Source: a virus
Lineage: Duplodnaviria; Caudoviricetes
Reading direction: 5' to 3' (one strand)
Length of the DNA stretch: 64,000 bases
Virus record (IMG/VR): IMGVR_UViG_3300047160_022640
Location: 1-64,000 of that record
Shown here: one piece after another, positions 42,440 through 57,186 of the stretch
How the letters are laid out: every line of letters begins with the position of its first letter
Numbering within the stretch: position 1 is the first letter of the stretch
Position numbers and translations under genes: made by a program
The notes under the pieces: model-generated
What the model was told of the DNA's origin: nothing
Databases searched by the model: none
What the model saw: the letters and a program-made list of their open reading frames with translations, nothing else

Positions 42440-45111
42440 CTCTCGTCACTGGATTCTTCCGGCTCCGAGATCGATCAGTCGACGAGGCGTTACAGTTTCA
42501 GCTGTTCGCGCAACTAGCTGCGTGCGGGCTCGACATCTTGCTGTTCCTTGATCAGGCGTTCATGGATCGCGCTCCGAAGCTATCGAATGTGCGCGTGATC
42601 CCGACGACGCTCGAGCAATTATGGGCGTTTCGGTGGGCTGACGGTCGCGAGATCGATCTGCCAGCGGCGCGCGAACCAACGAAGGACACGCGCGACTTTT
42701 TGCTGCTTCAGAACGCCAAACTCGACATGCTATCGCTTGCAGTTTGTCTCGATGATTCGTCTCACTTCGCATGGATCGATTTCGGCGTAATGAAGATCGT
42801 GCGCGATCCCGTACGCTTCTGGAGAAAGCTGCGTACTCTCCGACCGGCGGCGTCCTGCATTATGGCGCCCGGCTGTTGGGATCCGCGTCCCGATCACGAC
42901 AACGATCACGTTAATTGGCGCTTCTGTGGCGGTTTTCTCCTTGCTGACCGCGCTTCGATTTTACCTCTCGCTGAACGAGCCAGAGCTTTCTTAGAAGAGA
43001 CAGAGAGCCGGTTAACGTGGGAGGTCAATGTCTGGGCCGAACTCGAAAACCGCGGGCAGCACTTCGATTGGTACAAGGCCGATCACGATGACACGATACT
43101 CCCGAGCTCGGTTCCACGTATCTGTCTCGTCATGATCGTCAAGAACGAGAGCGCTATCATCGAGCGCTGTCTCGCGTCGGCGTTGCCGCACATCGACACT
43201 TGGTGCATCACGGATACCGGCTCGACGGATGACACCGTGGCGAAGATAGAACGATTTTTCGAAGATCGCGGCATACCGGGGCGAATCGCGCGCGCGCCGT
43301 TCGAAGATTTCGCGCAGGCGCGCAACGCTTCTCTAGACAACGCGCGCGCGATGCCCGACTGGGATTACGCGCTGCTCATCGATGCCGACATGGTACTTCG
43401 CGGAGCGATCGACAAAAAATCGCTGACCGCTCCTGCGTACAAGATCGTCCAGCACAACGGCAATCAGGACTACATGAACGCGCGCATGGTCCTGCGTGGA
43501 GCCCCAGGAATCTATTTCGGAGTGACTCACGAGTATCTGTCAACAGCCGATCCGGCGGATCTCCCTGGGATCGAGATCGATGATCTAGGAGATGGTGGGA
43601 GCAAATCAGACAAGTCTGATCGCGACGTTCGGCTGCTCTTGAAGGGGCTCGAGAAGGAACCGCTCAACGAGCGCTACATGTTCTACCTCGCGCAAACGTA
43701 CCGCGAGCGCGATCAGCCGCATCGCGCCATCCCGTGGTATCGGAAGCGCATCGAGCGCGGAGGATGGGATGAGGAGATCTACTACTCGCACTACGGAATC
43801 GCGATTTGTTACAAAGATCTCGATGACGAGGCGAAGTTCATCAGAGCGTGCTTCGAGGCGTACAACTACCGACCTTGGCGAGCTGAGCCGCTTCAACTGC
43901 TAGCGACGTACTTTCGCGAGAAAGGAAAAAACGAAAGCGCATGCCTCATCGCGGAGGCACAGGCGCAAATCAAACGCACTGACGAGCAACTGTTTTTAGA
44001 TCGAAATGCTTACGATTATGGAGCCAAGAACGAACTGTCGATTGCCGGATTTCACAGTCGAGTGCCGAGTCGTCGTGCGGCTGGATACAAGGCGTGCTCC
44101 GAGCTCACAGTGCATCCGGACGATTTCATTCGTACCCAGGCTCGCAAGAACTTCACGTACTACGCGAAGTCAGCGTTAGAGCTCTTTCAGGCTGACGTAC
44201 GTCCGATCAAGTGGATGCCGCCGGAGCCCGGCTGGGCGCCAATGAACCCGTCCGTCTTCGTTGGTATCGGCGGTGAGCCCGGCGGAGACGGCAAGCGCCG
44301 TCTCGTTCTCGTGCGAACAGTCAACTACGTCGTGAGTGACGGCCAGTATCCGACAAATGACGGCAGCGGCATCATTCGCACGAAGAACTACGTCGTTGAA
44401 ATGGACAACAGGTGGCGTCCGATCGTGTCGACGCTGGTCAGAGACATGACAGGCATCGCGAAGAACAATTTTCCTGTCGAAGGTTTTGAAGATTGTCGCT
44501 TGTGGGCGAACGACGAGAATTACGTCGTCTCCACGACCGTTCGCGATTTATGGGACAACGCGAACGGCCATTGCGAGATGGCTATCGTGGAGCTCGACGA
44601 GGCATGGCGCGCAGACGATCTACTCGTAATTCGCGACTACCAACACGAGAAGACGCAGAAGAACTGGATGCCGATCGTCGGAAGACCGGGCGCATTTTTG
44701 TACCTCTGTCATCCGACGATCGCAATCGAAGTCGCGAACAATGGTCGTACCGTAGAGATCGCGCGTCACCTCAGCGCAGGAAGAACGGAGGACAGTACAC
44801 CGATCTCTCTCATCGATGTGCGCGGCGGGTCACAACTCATTCCTCATCGTGACGGTTGGATCTGTCTCGTGCACGAAGTCGCATGGCGCCCCGAACGCGT
44901 CTACCTACATCGTTTCGTGCGCTTCGACGCCGCTTTCAAGATCGTCGCGCTCAGCGATCTGTTTTATTTCCAGCGTGTTGGCATTGAATTCTGCGCAGGA
45001 CTTGCGCGGGACGGTGACAGACTGGTTGCCAGTTTCGGCGTGAACGACGCTTCAGCGCATTTGGCTTTTTTCGGTGTCGAATCTGTCGAAAACGCCTTGA
45101 AATGCCTGTGA
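42352..45111 (+). CDS. multidomain HtrL-like + GT2 glycosyltransferase + TPR + five-bladed beta-propeller glycosidase-like
   Basis: VTGFF..AWIDFG..RFCGGF..WEVNVW; MIVKNE..TDTGSTD..IDAD; FYLAQTY TPRs; NPS..EDCRL..KNWMP..RGGS..IEFCAGL..SFGVND. Confidence 0.85.
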   Translation: MLQSSGLPQLVPSDRARSNGAHLQQDIRVTLVTGFFRLRDRSVDEALQFQLFAQLAACGLDILLFLDQAFMDRAPKLSNVRVIPTTLEQLWAFRWADGREIDLPAAREPTKDTRDFLLLQNAKLDMLSLAVCLDDSSHFAWIDFGVMKIVRDPVRFWRKLRTLRPAASCIMAPGCWDPRPDHDNDHVNWRFCGGFLLADRASILPLAERARAFLEETESRLTWEVNVWAELENRGQHFDWYKADHDDTILPSSVPRICLVMIVKNESAIIERCLASALPHIDTWCITDTGSTDDTVAKIERFFEDRGIPGRIARAPFEDFAQARNASLDNARAMPDWDYALLIDADMVLRGAIDKKSLTAPAYKIVQHNGNQDYMNARMVLRGAPGIYFGVTHEYLSTADPADLPGIEIDDLGDGGSKSDKSDRDVRLLLKGLEKEPLNERYMFYLAQTYRERDQPHRAIPWYRKRIERGGWDEEIYYSHYGIAICYKDLDDEAKFIRACFEAYNYRPWRAEPLQLLATYFREKGKNESACLIAEAQAQIKRTDEQLFLDRNAYDYGAKNELSIAGFHSRVPSRRAAGYKACSELTVHPDDFIRTQARKNFTYYAKSALELFQADVRPIKWMPPEPGWAPMNPSVFVGIGGEPGGDGKRRLVLVRTVNYVVSDGQYPTNDGSGIIRTKNYVVEMDNRWRPIVSTLVRDMTGIAKNNFPVEGFEDCRLWANDENYVVSTTVRDLWDNANGHCEMAIVELDEAWRADDLLVIRDYQHEKTQKNWMPIVGRPGAFLYLCHPTIAIEVANNGRTVEIARHLSAGRTEDSTPISLIDVRGGSQLIPHRDGWICLVHEVAWRPERVYLHRFVRFDAAFKIVALSDLFYFQRVGIEFCAGLARDGDRLVASFGVNDASAHLAFFGVESVENALKCL

Positions 45112-45171
45112 ACCCGTTGTGGCGGTTACGACCTCGAACTGGTACTGTCAAGCAGACAAGAAGAGGTCTAG

Positions 45172-47249
<2,078 letters not shown>

Positions 47250-47250
<1 letters not shown>

Positions 47251-48281
47251 TGGCGAAGCAGACGCCATACAGGATCGCGGGACCTGTCAGACTTCAGACG
47301 GACATCACCACGGTCTATTCGGTTCCTTACAATTCGAAGGCAACCGTCAATTCAATTCAGTTCTTCAATCAATCAGGATCACCGAGAACGGTCACGTTCG
47401 CGCTCGGCGTGGACTCGGGTCAGACACGTGTCTACACAGAGGTGATACCAGCGAATGGGCAGCTAAACTTCAGAGTCGGTTACGCGCTAGAGGACAACGG
47501 GGAAATCCAGGCGTCCGTTGATCTCAACTACGCCGTGATGATGACTGTGAACGGTACCGAGCTCCTCGGGGACCAAACTGGCCTTCCAATGCCTGGGATA
47601 TCCGGAAATTGGGTGCTCGTATTTCAAGATGACTTCGACGGACCGGTTAACAGTGCGCCCAATCTAAACAACTGGGGGTACTGGCTAGACGGACAGATGC
47701 GCAATGCCGCTATCAACAGTTACAAGAACACGTTCTTGGACGGATCAGGAAACTTGCAGCTGCGAGTCACCAACGCCGATATCGGATACGGAGCCGGCGT
47801 CATCACAGCTGGAGGACTGACAACCGAAACACTGAAGATATTCGGAGTCGGTTGTTATTTCGAAGCTCGGTGCAAGATCACGTCTGGCTGGTTCGGATGG
47901 TGGATCCAGAGCCCACTGATGGACGGGATCGTGTCTCCAGCTGAAGACGGAACAGAAATGGATCTGATCGAATCCTGCTGCCCTGGACCGGTGCATCACG
48001 CTGTGCATTGGGGTGGTTACGGATCAGGACATATGTTTGAGACGTTCAATCCGACAGTAGATCAGACGCAGTTCAACACGTACGGAATGCAGTGGACTCC
48101 AACCGCATACAACTTCAACACGAATGGAGTTGTAGATTGGGTATTCACAGACGCTATTTCAGAGCGCAGAGACCAGTTCGTGCGTCTGACTATGGAAGAC
48201 AACGGAGACTACACGTCTGGTGATGTGCGAGTAGACTACGTACGAATCTGGAGACCCAGATTCGGCTGGACGGGGGACTAA
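47250..48281 (+). CDS. beta-sandwich adaptor fused to GH16 glycoside hydrolase
   Basis: WVLVFQDDFDG, EARCK, catalytic EMDLIE, FNTYGMQWTP, VDYVRIW. Confidence 0.85.
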
Positions 48282-48974
48282 ATGCCCAGCGTCAAAGCGA
48301 CAGGAACCAGCATCTTCGTCGGTCGCACGGGCGGGTTTCCGGCCACGTTCACGTTCGGTGTATGGCTTAGAATCAACTCGTATTCGACTAATTTCACACA
48401 AGGCATCTTGTGGGCGAACAATCTAGGCGGAGGTGGCGGCGGAGGTGTAGACACCGACGAGAGCGGCAGCTCTACCACTCTGGATGCGTACGTATTCAAA
48501 GGCGCCACTGAAGATTTCGTGAGCATCTTAACCGGTAGTTACACGAACTGGGTGTTCGTCGCCCTCACACACACTAGCGGCAGCAACAACTTCGACGTGT
48601 ACTGGAGAAATCAGGAACAGGCGTACCTCAATCACCACACGCTAAATTGTGGCGCGGATCTGGACCTAAACGCCGGCCTGTCTGTGGCTGGCGGATCCGG
48701 AGAGGTCAGCGCGACCAATGCCAGAAACTTTTTCCTGAAGAACAGCGTACTCACGGCGACTCAGATTTTAGCCTCTTCGATGAGCATGGGGGCCCCCAGC
48801 GGATCCAACGAGACGTACCTGGTGTTGAGCTCCGCGACAGGCGCAGGAACTAACGGCGGTACGGGTGGAAACTGGACGGTCACTGGCGCGTTGGCTACAG
48901 ACAGCACCGCAGGGAGTCAACCGGAGCCCGATTTACCTTCTGCGCTACTGATGGGGTCAGGATCAACCAGCTAG
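48282..48974 (+). CDS. LamG/concanavalin-like lectin domain virion protein
   Basis: FTFGVWLR...WVFVALT...WTVTG. Confidence 0.65.
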   Translation: MPSVKATGTSIFVGRTGGFPATFTFGVWLRINSYSTNFTQGILWANNLGGGGGGGVDTDESGSSTTLDAYVFKGATEDFVSILTGSYTNWVFVALTHTSGSNNFDVYWRNQEQAYLNHHTLNCGADLDLNAGLSVAGGSGEVSATNARNFFLKNSVLTATQILASSMSMGAPSGSNETYLVLSSATGAGTNGGTGGNWTVTGALATDSTAGSQPEPDLPSALLMGSGSTS

Positions 48975-48984
48975 GAATACGACA

Positions 48985-51000
<2,016 letters not shown>

Positions 51001-51011
51001 AAGGCGGAGCT

Positions 51012-52460
51012 ATTCAGGTCCCGTTACCCGCTATCGGCGCTATCCGATGGGACGGCGGTTGGACGCCCGATCTCACGCCGGCGCAATCCGGAATCGGCGT
51101 CAACTTCGAAGCGAATTACCCGCATAGGCAGCCGTCTATATGGGGCGGCACTTGGTACCTATGGTCGGACAACAACCCGCTGAGCGTTCCGACACTTTCG
51201 TATATGGACGCCGATATCACGGCGTGCACCGGCGCGTTGGATTACTGGATCTACTACCATACGCCACCTCCGGCTGTGTACGGAGCTGACGCCCCCGCGC
51301 GCCCGTACACCACAGCGTACGGGTTGTTCAGAGCGTTCCAAGCGCACCAGGCGAGCTCAATCAAGACACACGTCAAATTCGCTGTGATGTACGGTGCTTT
51401 TTGGCTGGCGTATCCGAATGCTATGACAGATCCGGTTTGGCCGCACGTTGCCGACATCGCCGCGTACACGGCAAACCTATTCAACGATCCGGCTTACCAG
51501 CGCATAGACGGCATTCCGTTACTGGGCGTCTTCAACGCGACCGACTTCAGCACTGGCAATGCGAACACCAACTTCTTGGCGTTTCTTGCTGCGCTCAACC
51601 AGCCGGTGTTCCTGATCGGCTTCGGAGGAATCAGTCAAACAGCGTGGACGAACGCGCACATGAACACCGGGACCTCTTACGGAATTAACGGTGCTACCCC
51701 CAGCTCGGTACATGTCTCTTGGGGCGTACAACACTCAAAGGATGTCAGCATCATTCCGACAGCTCCGTTCGCGCGTATCGAAACGATCAACGTCAACCGA
51801 GACCCGCGCGGACGCTACGGCGAGCCGACGCCGTACGGGTGGAGCGATCCTCCAACGCCGCCCGACTTCGAAACGGTGCTTATTACCGCGCTGGCCGATT
51901 ACCCGCACACGGTGATCGTCGGCACGTACGATGAGCTCGACGAAGAGGGATCGCGAATGATGCCTACCGTGCAAGACGGAACGAGCTACGGAATCGATCC
52001 GATAGTGCGTGTACGTACCGGCACTAGGCCTCCAACGATCACGTACAAGCGCGGAACCTCGACATTCGATTTTTCACTGGCTGGCTCTTGGACACACATC
52101 GCGGCAGGGACGGCCGGCGTCACAGGCAACTACGACAGCAACGAGCAACAGAGCAGCAACACGAACGACACCTGTCTCTTGACGCTGAGCGCTTCGATCA
52201 TGGGAAGCGCCTTGAGCGCCCACATCACGCCCACGTGCCAGAATGGTCCCGATCGAGGGATCGTTCGAGTCCTCAAAAACGGAGTTAGTCAGGGCACCGT
52301 AGACCTCTACTCGGCTAGTCCGACCTACCAAGTTCCGACGATAACTGTAAGCGGAGTAGCCGGCGATATCATCGGATTGCAGGTGACAGGCACCAAGAAC
52401 GCGTCCAGCTCATCTGTACTCATCGGCACCGATGCCTTTACAATAGAGCTCATCACGTAG
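51012..52460 (+). CDS. GH99/WbsX-like TIM-barrel glycosidase plus carbohydrate-binding beta domain; start non-canonical
   Basis: Frame open from 51003 with IGAIRWD before the first ATG (51204); MDADI..ALDYW..Y, RIDGIPLL, YDELDEEG; C-terminal GPDRG..VDLYS. Confidence 0.6.
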   Translation: MQVPLPAIGAIRWDGGWTPDLTPAQSGIGVNFEANYPHRQPSIWGGTWYLWSDNNPLSVPTLSYMDADITACTGALDYWIYYHTPPPAVYGADAPARPYTTAYGLFRAFQAHQASSIKTHVKFAVMYGAFWLAYPNAMTDPVWPHVADIAAYTANLFNDPAYQRIDGIPLLGVFNATDFSTGNANTNFLAFLAALNQPVFLIGFGGISQTAWTNAHMNTGTSYGINGATPSSVHVSWGVQHSKDVSIIPTAPFARIETINVNRDPRGRYGEPTPYGWSDPPTPPDFETVLITALADYPHTVIVGTYDELDEEGSRMMPTVQDGTSYGIDPIVRVRTGTRPPTITYKRGTSTFDFSLAGSWTHIAAGTAGVTGNYDSNEQQSSNTNDTCLLTLSASIMGSALSAHITPTCQNGPDRGIVRVLKNGVSQGTVDLYSASPTYQVPTITVSGVAGDIIGLQVTGTKNASSSSVLIGTDAFTIELIT

Positions 52461-52474
52461 CCGGAGAAAAGAAC

Positions 52475-53932
52475 ATGGCGGAACTCGTACAGCAAAAACA
52501 GCTATCTCTGACCGGGATCATCACCGGATCTACCGGCACAAGCGGTACGGGCGGCACCGGTCCTACCGGATCTACCGGATCGACAGGACCAACTGGGCCC
52601 GCCGGATCGGCGACAAACACTGGAGCGACAGGATTCACCGGATCGACAGGCGCGACTGGGCCATCGAACACGCCGCCGTTGTCTTCGGTTCTAGCCGTCG
52701 GAAACACGACCGGCGCGCATGACATCATCGTCAATAACGGCCAAGCCATAGTCGGTGACACGGGCGGCAGCGTGCTCACGCTGAGAGGCGGCGCGGCCGG
52801 AGGCGCCACTATCGGCGGCGGTATCAGCGTCACCGCAACCGCGGGCGGAGCGACAGGTGGCAACGGCGGCCCGATCACCGTTCAAAGCGGAGCTGGCTTA
52901 GAAGGAGACGGCGGATCGATCACGGTCACTGCCGGCAACGCCGGCACCGCGTCAGCCGCTAATAGAGTAGGCGGCGTGGTCTCGATAACTGCAGGTACGG
53001 GCATCGGGACAGGCAACGGAGGAACGGCATCGCTCAAAGCCGGAGACACTATTTCTGGCACAGGCGGCGCCTGCTCGATACTGGGCGGCAACGGCGGGAC
53101 TGGCTCTGGTTCTGGCGGCGGCGATGTGAACATCACTGGAGGGAACGGCGGTCAGAGCGGCATCGGCGGAAACGTCGTCATCGCGTCTGGAGACGGAGGA
53201 TCTGTAACCAGCCAACCGGGAAACGTGACGATCAAGGGCGGTGTCGCTCGAGGGGCTGTTTCGAATGGCGGCGGCATCGTCATACAAGCCTCCAACGCGC
53301 ACGGCACAGGCAACGGCGGCCAGGTGGTCATCACTGGAGGTGACAGCTCCAACAACGGTGTCACGGGCGGCGCTATCACGATCACCGCGGGCAATGCAAC
53401 CGGGTCGGGGAGTACCGGTGGCGGTGTCACGATCACCGCGGGCGCAGGCAACCAAACCGGCACTGCCGGCAACGTTCTCATCACGGCCGGTGCGGGCGGT
53501 TCGACGACAGGCAACGGCGGCTCGGCCACGCTACGCGGCGGTCTGCCGGTTGCGGGCAACGGCGGCTCGGCGACCATTCAGGGGCAAGCCGGAGCAGGCG
53601 GTGCCGGGAACGGCGGCGATGCCGTCTCTCTCCCAGGCGCCGGCGCCGGCACCGGGACGCCCGGAAGCGCGCAGCTGCAAAGCGACAACGGATTTCCGCT
53701 CGTCGAAGCCGTTGCTATCGTCTCCGGATCACAACGTATCGTATCGATTGCCGGATCAGCGAAAGTCACAACGACGCAGATGCCGACCAATACCGGCGAT
53801 CGAGTCATCTACATCGCCAACGCTGCGACGGTGCCTACCGCCAACCCGGCATCTGGGGCTATTCTGTACGCCGCTAACGGAGCGCTTTACATGCGCAGCG
53901 TAGGCGGTACCATCTCGAGAGCGGCGGCGTAA
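52475..53932 (+). CDS. short collagen plus glycine-rich repeat fibre protein
   Basis: MAELVQQKQLSLTG N-motif; about 14 GG.(V/I).I.(A/G)G repeats. Confidence 0.85.
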   Translation: MAELVQQKQLSLTGIITGSTGTSGTGGTGPTGSTGSTGPTGPAGSATNTGATGFTGSTGATGPSNTPPLSSVLAVGNTTGAHDIIVNNGQAIVGDTGGSVLTLRGGAAGGATIGGGISVTATAGGATGGNGGPITVQSGAGLEGDGGSITVTAGNAGTASAANRVGGVVSITAGTGIGTGNGGTASLKAGDTISGTGGACSILGGNGGTGSGSGGGDVNITGGNGGQSGIGGNVVIASGDGGSVTSQPGNVTIKGGVARGAVSNGGGIVIQASNAHGTGNGGQVVITGGDSSNNGVTGGAITITAGNATGSGSTGGGVTITAGAGNQTGTAGNVLITAGAGGSTTGNGGSATLRGGLPVAGNGGSATIQGQAGAGGAGNGGDAVSLPGAGAGTGTPGSAQLQSDNGFPLVEAVAIVSGSQRIVSIAGSAKVTTTQMPTNTGDRVIYIANAATVPTANPASGAILYAANGALYMRSVGGTISRAAA

Positions 53933-53936
53933 AACC

Positions 53937-54344
53937 ATGGCCAGATACGGCGGAATACTTGTCGCGGGGGGCCCCACCAATACGGTCAACACGGCCACGT
54001 CGACGATCGCAACGCTGGATGTGTCCGCGCCATCTTTCAGCGCGAGCCCGAACAACGTCGGGTTCTACGTCGAGGGCATTCTCGTTGGGAAAGAAACGAC
54101 AAGCAACGATGTCGTATCATGCCGAGTGTCGCGTTCGTTCAAAAATATTGCCGGGACACTCACCGCTCTCGGCGCAGGTGTTGCGAACATTTCACCGATG
54201 GCCGGCGACGCCTCGATCGTCGCCTCCGTACCGCTACTCAATGTGTCCGGAACTACGGTGCAACTGCAGGCGACCGGCGTCGCGGCGACGACGATCGAGT
54301 GGACGGGTTACCTGATCTTCTACGGCGGCCAGTTTACCGGTTAG
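53937..54344 (+). CDS. beta-rich virion protein
   Basis: 135 aa, all-beta, follows the fibre gene. Confidence 0.7.
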   Translation: MARYGGILVAGGPTNTVNTATSTIATLDVSAPSFSASPNNVGFYVEGILVGKETTSNDVVSCRVSRSFKNIAGTLTALGAGVANISPMAGDASIVASVPLLNVSGTTVQLQATGVAATTIEWTGYLIFYGGQFTG

Positions 54345-54730
54345 GATTTCTCCGTTCGGGCGCCGACGATCTCGCGCATGAAGGGAATGCACGCCATCGC
54401 TCCGGTCGGATTGTACGTGACACCCAGCTCCACGGATCGCTTTAGGCGCAGCCAGTCCGTCTCATCGAGGGCGACCGTAGCTCCCGGCCGCAGATCAACC
54501 GTCTTGGCGATGATCGTCTGCGCGCTCACGAGCGCAACCATCGTCCAGTGGACCGTGTTCGCATCCTTCGGACTGTCCGAAACGAATGCGGGATCGACGC
54601 ACCTGCCGCGTATGAACTGCACATGACTTTCGGTAAGCGATCTACCGGCAGAGTCGCACGCGGGGCGCCCATCGAGTTCGCTCAAAGCGACGTCCGGTAA
54701 AATCGTGAAATAGCGAAGATTGTTCGACAT
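54341..54730 (-). CDS. hypothetical protein
   Basis: ATG 54730 preceded by TACGAT at 7 nt. Confidence 0.6.
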   Translation of the reverse strand: MSNNLRYFTILPDVALSELDGRPACDSAGRSLTESHVQFIRGRCVDPAFVSDSPKDANTVHWTMVALVSAQTIIAKTVDLRPGATVALDETDWLRLKRSVELGVTYNPTGAMACIPFMREIVGARTEKS

Positions 54731-54773
54731 CGGGAAAATCGTACCGCGATCTGATAGGCTTTGGCGAGCAATC

Positions 54774-55454
54774 GTGGCTACGACCAGCATCCTAGCCGTT
54801 CCTGGCATCGGACGAGTCGATCAGGGGTTCCTGAATTCGCTCGCAGCCGTAGCCGATCGGCACAACTGGAACGCTGACGGAATCGCCGGCGTTATATCTC
54901 ACGAGAGCGGCTTCAACGCCGCAGCGCACACGCCGATCGTCGGCCAGACTGCGACGGGACTGATCCAATTCACCGAACACACAGCTAACACGCTCGGTAC
55001 GACGACTGCGGCGCTGCGTACAATGTCCGCGACGCAGCAGTTGCCTTACGTCGAAGCGTTCTTCGCGAAAACGCTTCCGACGGTGCCTGCGGATCCAGCG
55101 GACTATATACTAGCTACGTACGGTCGATCTGATCTGATCGGTAAGGACCCGTCCGTCGTAATCGATAGCGGTTCTTCGACAGATCCAAACGAAGTTCAAA
55201 GATACAAACTGAATAGCGCACTCGATCGAGCGAACAAGGGATACATCACCGTCGGTGATCTTCGTTCGGTTATGAACGCCACCTTCGCGGGAGCTAACGG
55301 TCGCAGGTTGCCGATCGTGCCGGAAATAGAAATACTGTCGTCTCCGACGAAAACGACTCAGCCGATCCTTCTCGTGACGATTGCTGCGCTGAGCCTCTCC
55401 GTCGCGGCCGGGTACGCCGCGCATCAGACACTCAAGCGATGGCCGACTAGGTGA
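54774..55454 (+). CDS. lytic transglycosylase/lysozyme-like protein with C-terminal membrane anchor
   Basis: ISHESGF (catalytic Glu), ATGLIQF, QQLPYVEAFF; C-terminal TM followed by KRWPTR. Start uncertain (track 54720). Confidence 0.8.
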   Translation: MATTSILAVPGIGRVDQGFLNSLAAVADRHNWNADGIAGVISHESGFNAAAHTPIVGQTATGLIQFTEHTANTLGTTTAALRTMSATQQLPYVEAFFAKTLPTVPADPADYILATYGRSDLIGKDPSVVIDSGSSTDPNEVQRYKLNSALDRANKGYITVGDLRSVMNATFAGANGRRLPIVPEIEILSSPTKTTQPILLVTIAALSLSVAAGYAAHQTLKRWPTR

Positions 55455-55517
55455 GATATTTCGATATCTTACGACTCGCACGCTACAGCGTGAATGCGAA
55501 TAGTGTAGGCTCTTGAC

Positions 55518-57185
55518 ATGCCTGAATTCGGCGTAGGCGCTCAGATCGGTCCGAATCTGCAGAAGATGATCGATCAGGCACATCTGCCGTCATGGCTGTC
55601 TGACCGCTTTCACGACGAAGGTGCCGCGCTTCAGCAGGCGAGCTTTGCCGCCACCATGTACGTCAAAGGGTACGGGCGTGATCCCCGCTTCGGGCTACCG
55701 ACCGATCAGACATCGCTCAATATCCTTCTGAATCCGAGCGATCCTTTTTGGTCTTCAACGCAGCAACACGGCGCAGACCGCGACTACGGTGTCTCTCACG
55801 CGCCGAAACTATCGACGACGACACATTGGACACTTGGTCCTTTCGAGAGCATCGCCAAAATCCCGATATTAGGACCCGTGTTCAAAGCCGCTGTCGCCCC
55901 GATCACGTCGGTCGCGCACCTTGCCGAGGGGCAACCTATCGGTCAGGCGATGAAAGACAACTTCGCGTCGCAAGTCGGGGCGATCAAAGCGGTCGGTCCC
56001 TACGCCGTTACTGTTATCTCGTTCGTACTACCCGGCATCGGCACCGGCGTCGCCGCTGCGCTCTCCGCTGGCGCAGCTCTCGCGGAAGGCAAGCCCATCG
56101 ACGCAGCGCTCGAGGACGCGATCAAGGGCGCAATCCCAGGCGGCGCTCTTGCCGCAAGCGGCTTCGAGCTCGCGAAACGCGTAGCCAGTGGAGAAAACGT
56201 GGGAAAGGCAGCGCTCGAGAGCGCGCGCACAGCGTTGCCTCCCGAGGCTCAAAAAGCTTTCGATGTAGGAATCGCTGTTGTTACCGGCAAGCAACTCCAG
56301 CAAGCACTCACCGCCGGTATCACAAGTCTCGCGCCCGATGCTATCAAACAGGTCTTCGATGTCGGTGCGAAAGCAATTCAATCGACGCCCGGTCTCGCGG
56401 CAATCGTACAATCACTTCCGAGCGATGTAGCAAAGCAGGGGGCGCAACTCGCTTCAGGAGCGCTCGCGCACGCCGGCATCAACGAAACACAGATCCGTGC
56501 GATGCGCTCGAAACTCACGGGCGATACGCTCAAAGGGTTCGACGCTGGACTGCAGGGGCAGATTAAACACTTCCCATGGATCGAGAGCATCGCCGGTATG
56601 CCGCCTGGAGCAACTTCCACGCCGGTAGTGGAAACTACGGAACAACAGGAGCTCAGCCAGCTGGCGCAGCTCGCTCCCGATCAACAGAAACAGCTCGTCA
56701 ATCTCGCTGCTCTTTCGAAGTTGACGCCCGATCAGCAGGCACAGTTGGTTGCCTACGCGCAAGCGCAAAAGCAACCGACGGCCGCTCCGAAACCGCCTGA
56801 GCCGGCAAAACCACAGGCAGTACCGAAACCGCCTGAACCGACCCGTGCGGCGCCCGCAGCGCCCGCTGGTCCGTCTGTCACACCCGCTGCGGGGCCGCCG
56901 GCCTATCCGCCGTACCCGAAGGCGACGGGCACCGTCCACGGGCTCGGAAAGCCCTCCTACGGCGGCTATCCTGGCGGTGGCGGCGCGCTCGGGGAACCGG
57001 CGCCTTCCTGCCGCGTGTGGGGCGCGCCCGTCGAGTTCGATCCTGCCATGCGTGCCGCCGCACGCGCGGCGCTCGCCTCCTCGAAGGGGCGTCCCGCGGT
57101 GTCGCGCGCGCCCGGAGGCGTTCTGTACATGTTCTCACTCGAAAACGGCGTGCTCCAGGCCCGCCCCTGCGTTTCCGGAGAGTGA
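55518..57185 (+). CDS. Ala/Gly-rich membrane-associated virion protein (DNA delivery candidate)
   Basis: Starts MPEFGVG; long amphipathic Ala/Gly helices, Pro-rich linker, small C-domain. Confidence 0.7.
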   Translation: MPEFGVGAQIGPNLQKMIDQAHLPSWLSDRFHDEGAALQQASFAATMYVKGYGRDPRFGLPTDQTSLNILLNPSDPFWSSTQQHGADRDYGVSHAPKLSTTTHWTLGPFESIAKIPILGPVFKAAVAPITSVAHLAEGQPIGQAMKDNFASQVGAIKAVGPYAVTVISFVLPGIGTGVAAALSAGAALAEGKPIDAALEDAIKGAIPGGALAASGFELAKRVASGENVGKAALESARTALPPEAQKAFDVGIAVVTGKQLQQALTAGITSLAPDAIKQVFDVGAKAIQSTPGLAAIVQSLPSDVAKQGAQLASGALAHAGINETQIRAMRSKLTGDTLKGFDAGLQGQIKHFPWIESIAGMPPGATSTPVVETTEQQELSQLAQLAPDQQKQLVNLAALSKLTPDQQAQLVAYAQAQKQPTAAPKPPEPAKPQAVPKPPEPTRAAPAAPAGPSVTPAAGPPAYPPYPKATGTVHGLGKPSYGGYPGGGGALGEPAPSCRVWGAPVEFDPAMRAAARAALASSKGRPAVSRAPGGVLYMFSLENGVLQARPCVSGE

Positions 57186-57186
57186 A

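Noticed and set aside
37559-45111. Interpreting the window as a eukaryotic giant virus because of collagens and glyco-enzymes
   Set aside because: SD motifs, overlapping stop/start coupling, lipoboxes, LysM/PG enzymes and RHH regulators indicate a bacterial host.
55518-57185. Tape-measure protein call
   Set aside because: Short, with Pro-rich and globular ends, and no tail tube, chaperone or baseplate genes around it.
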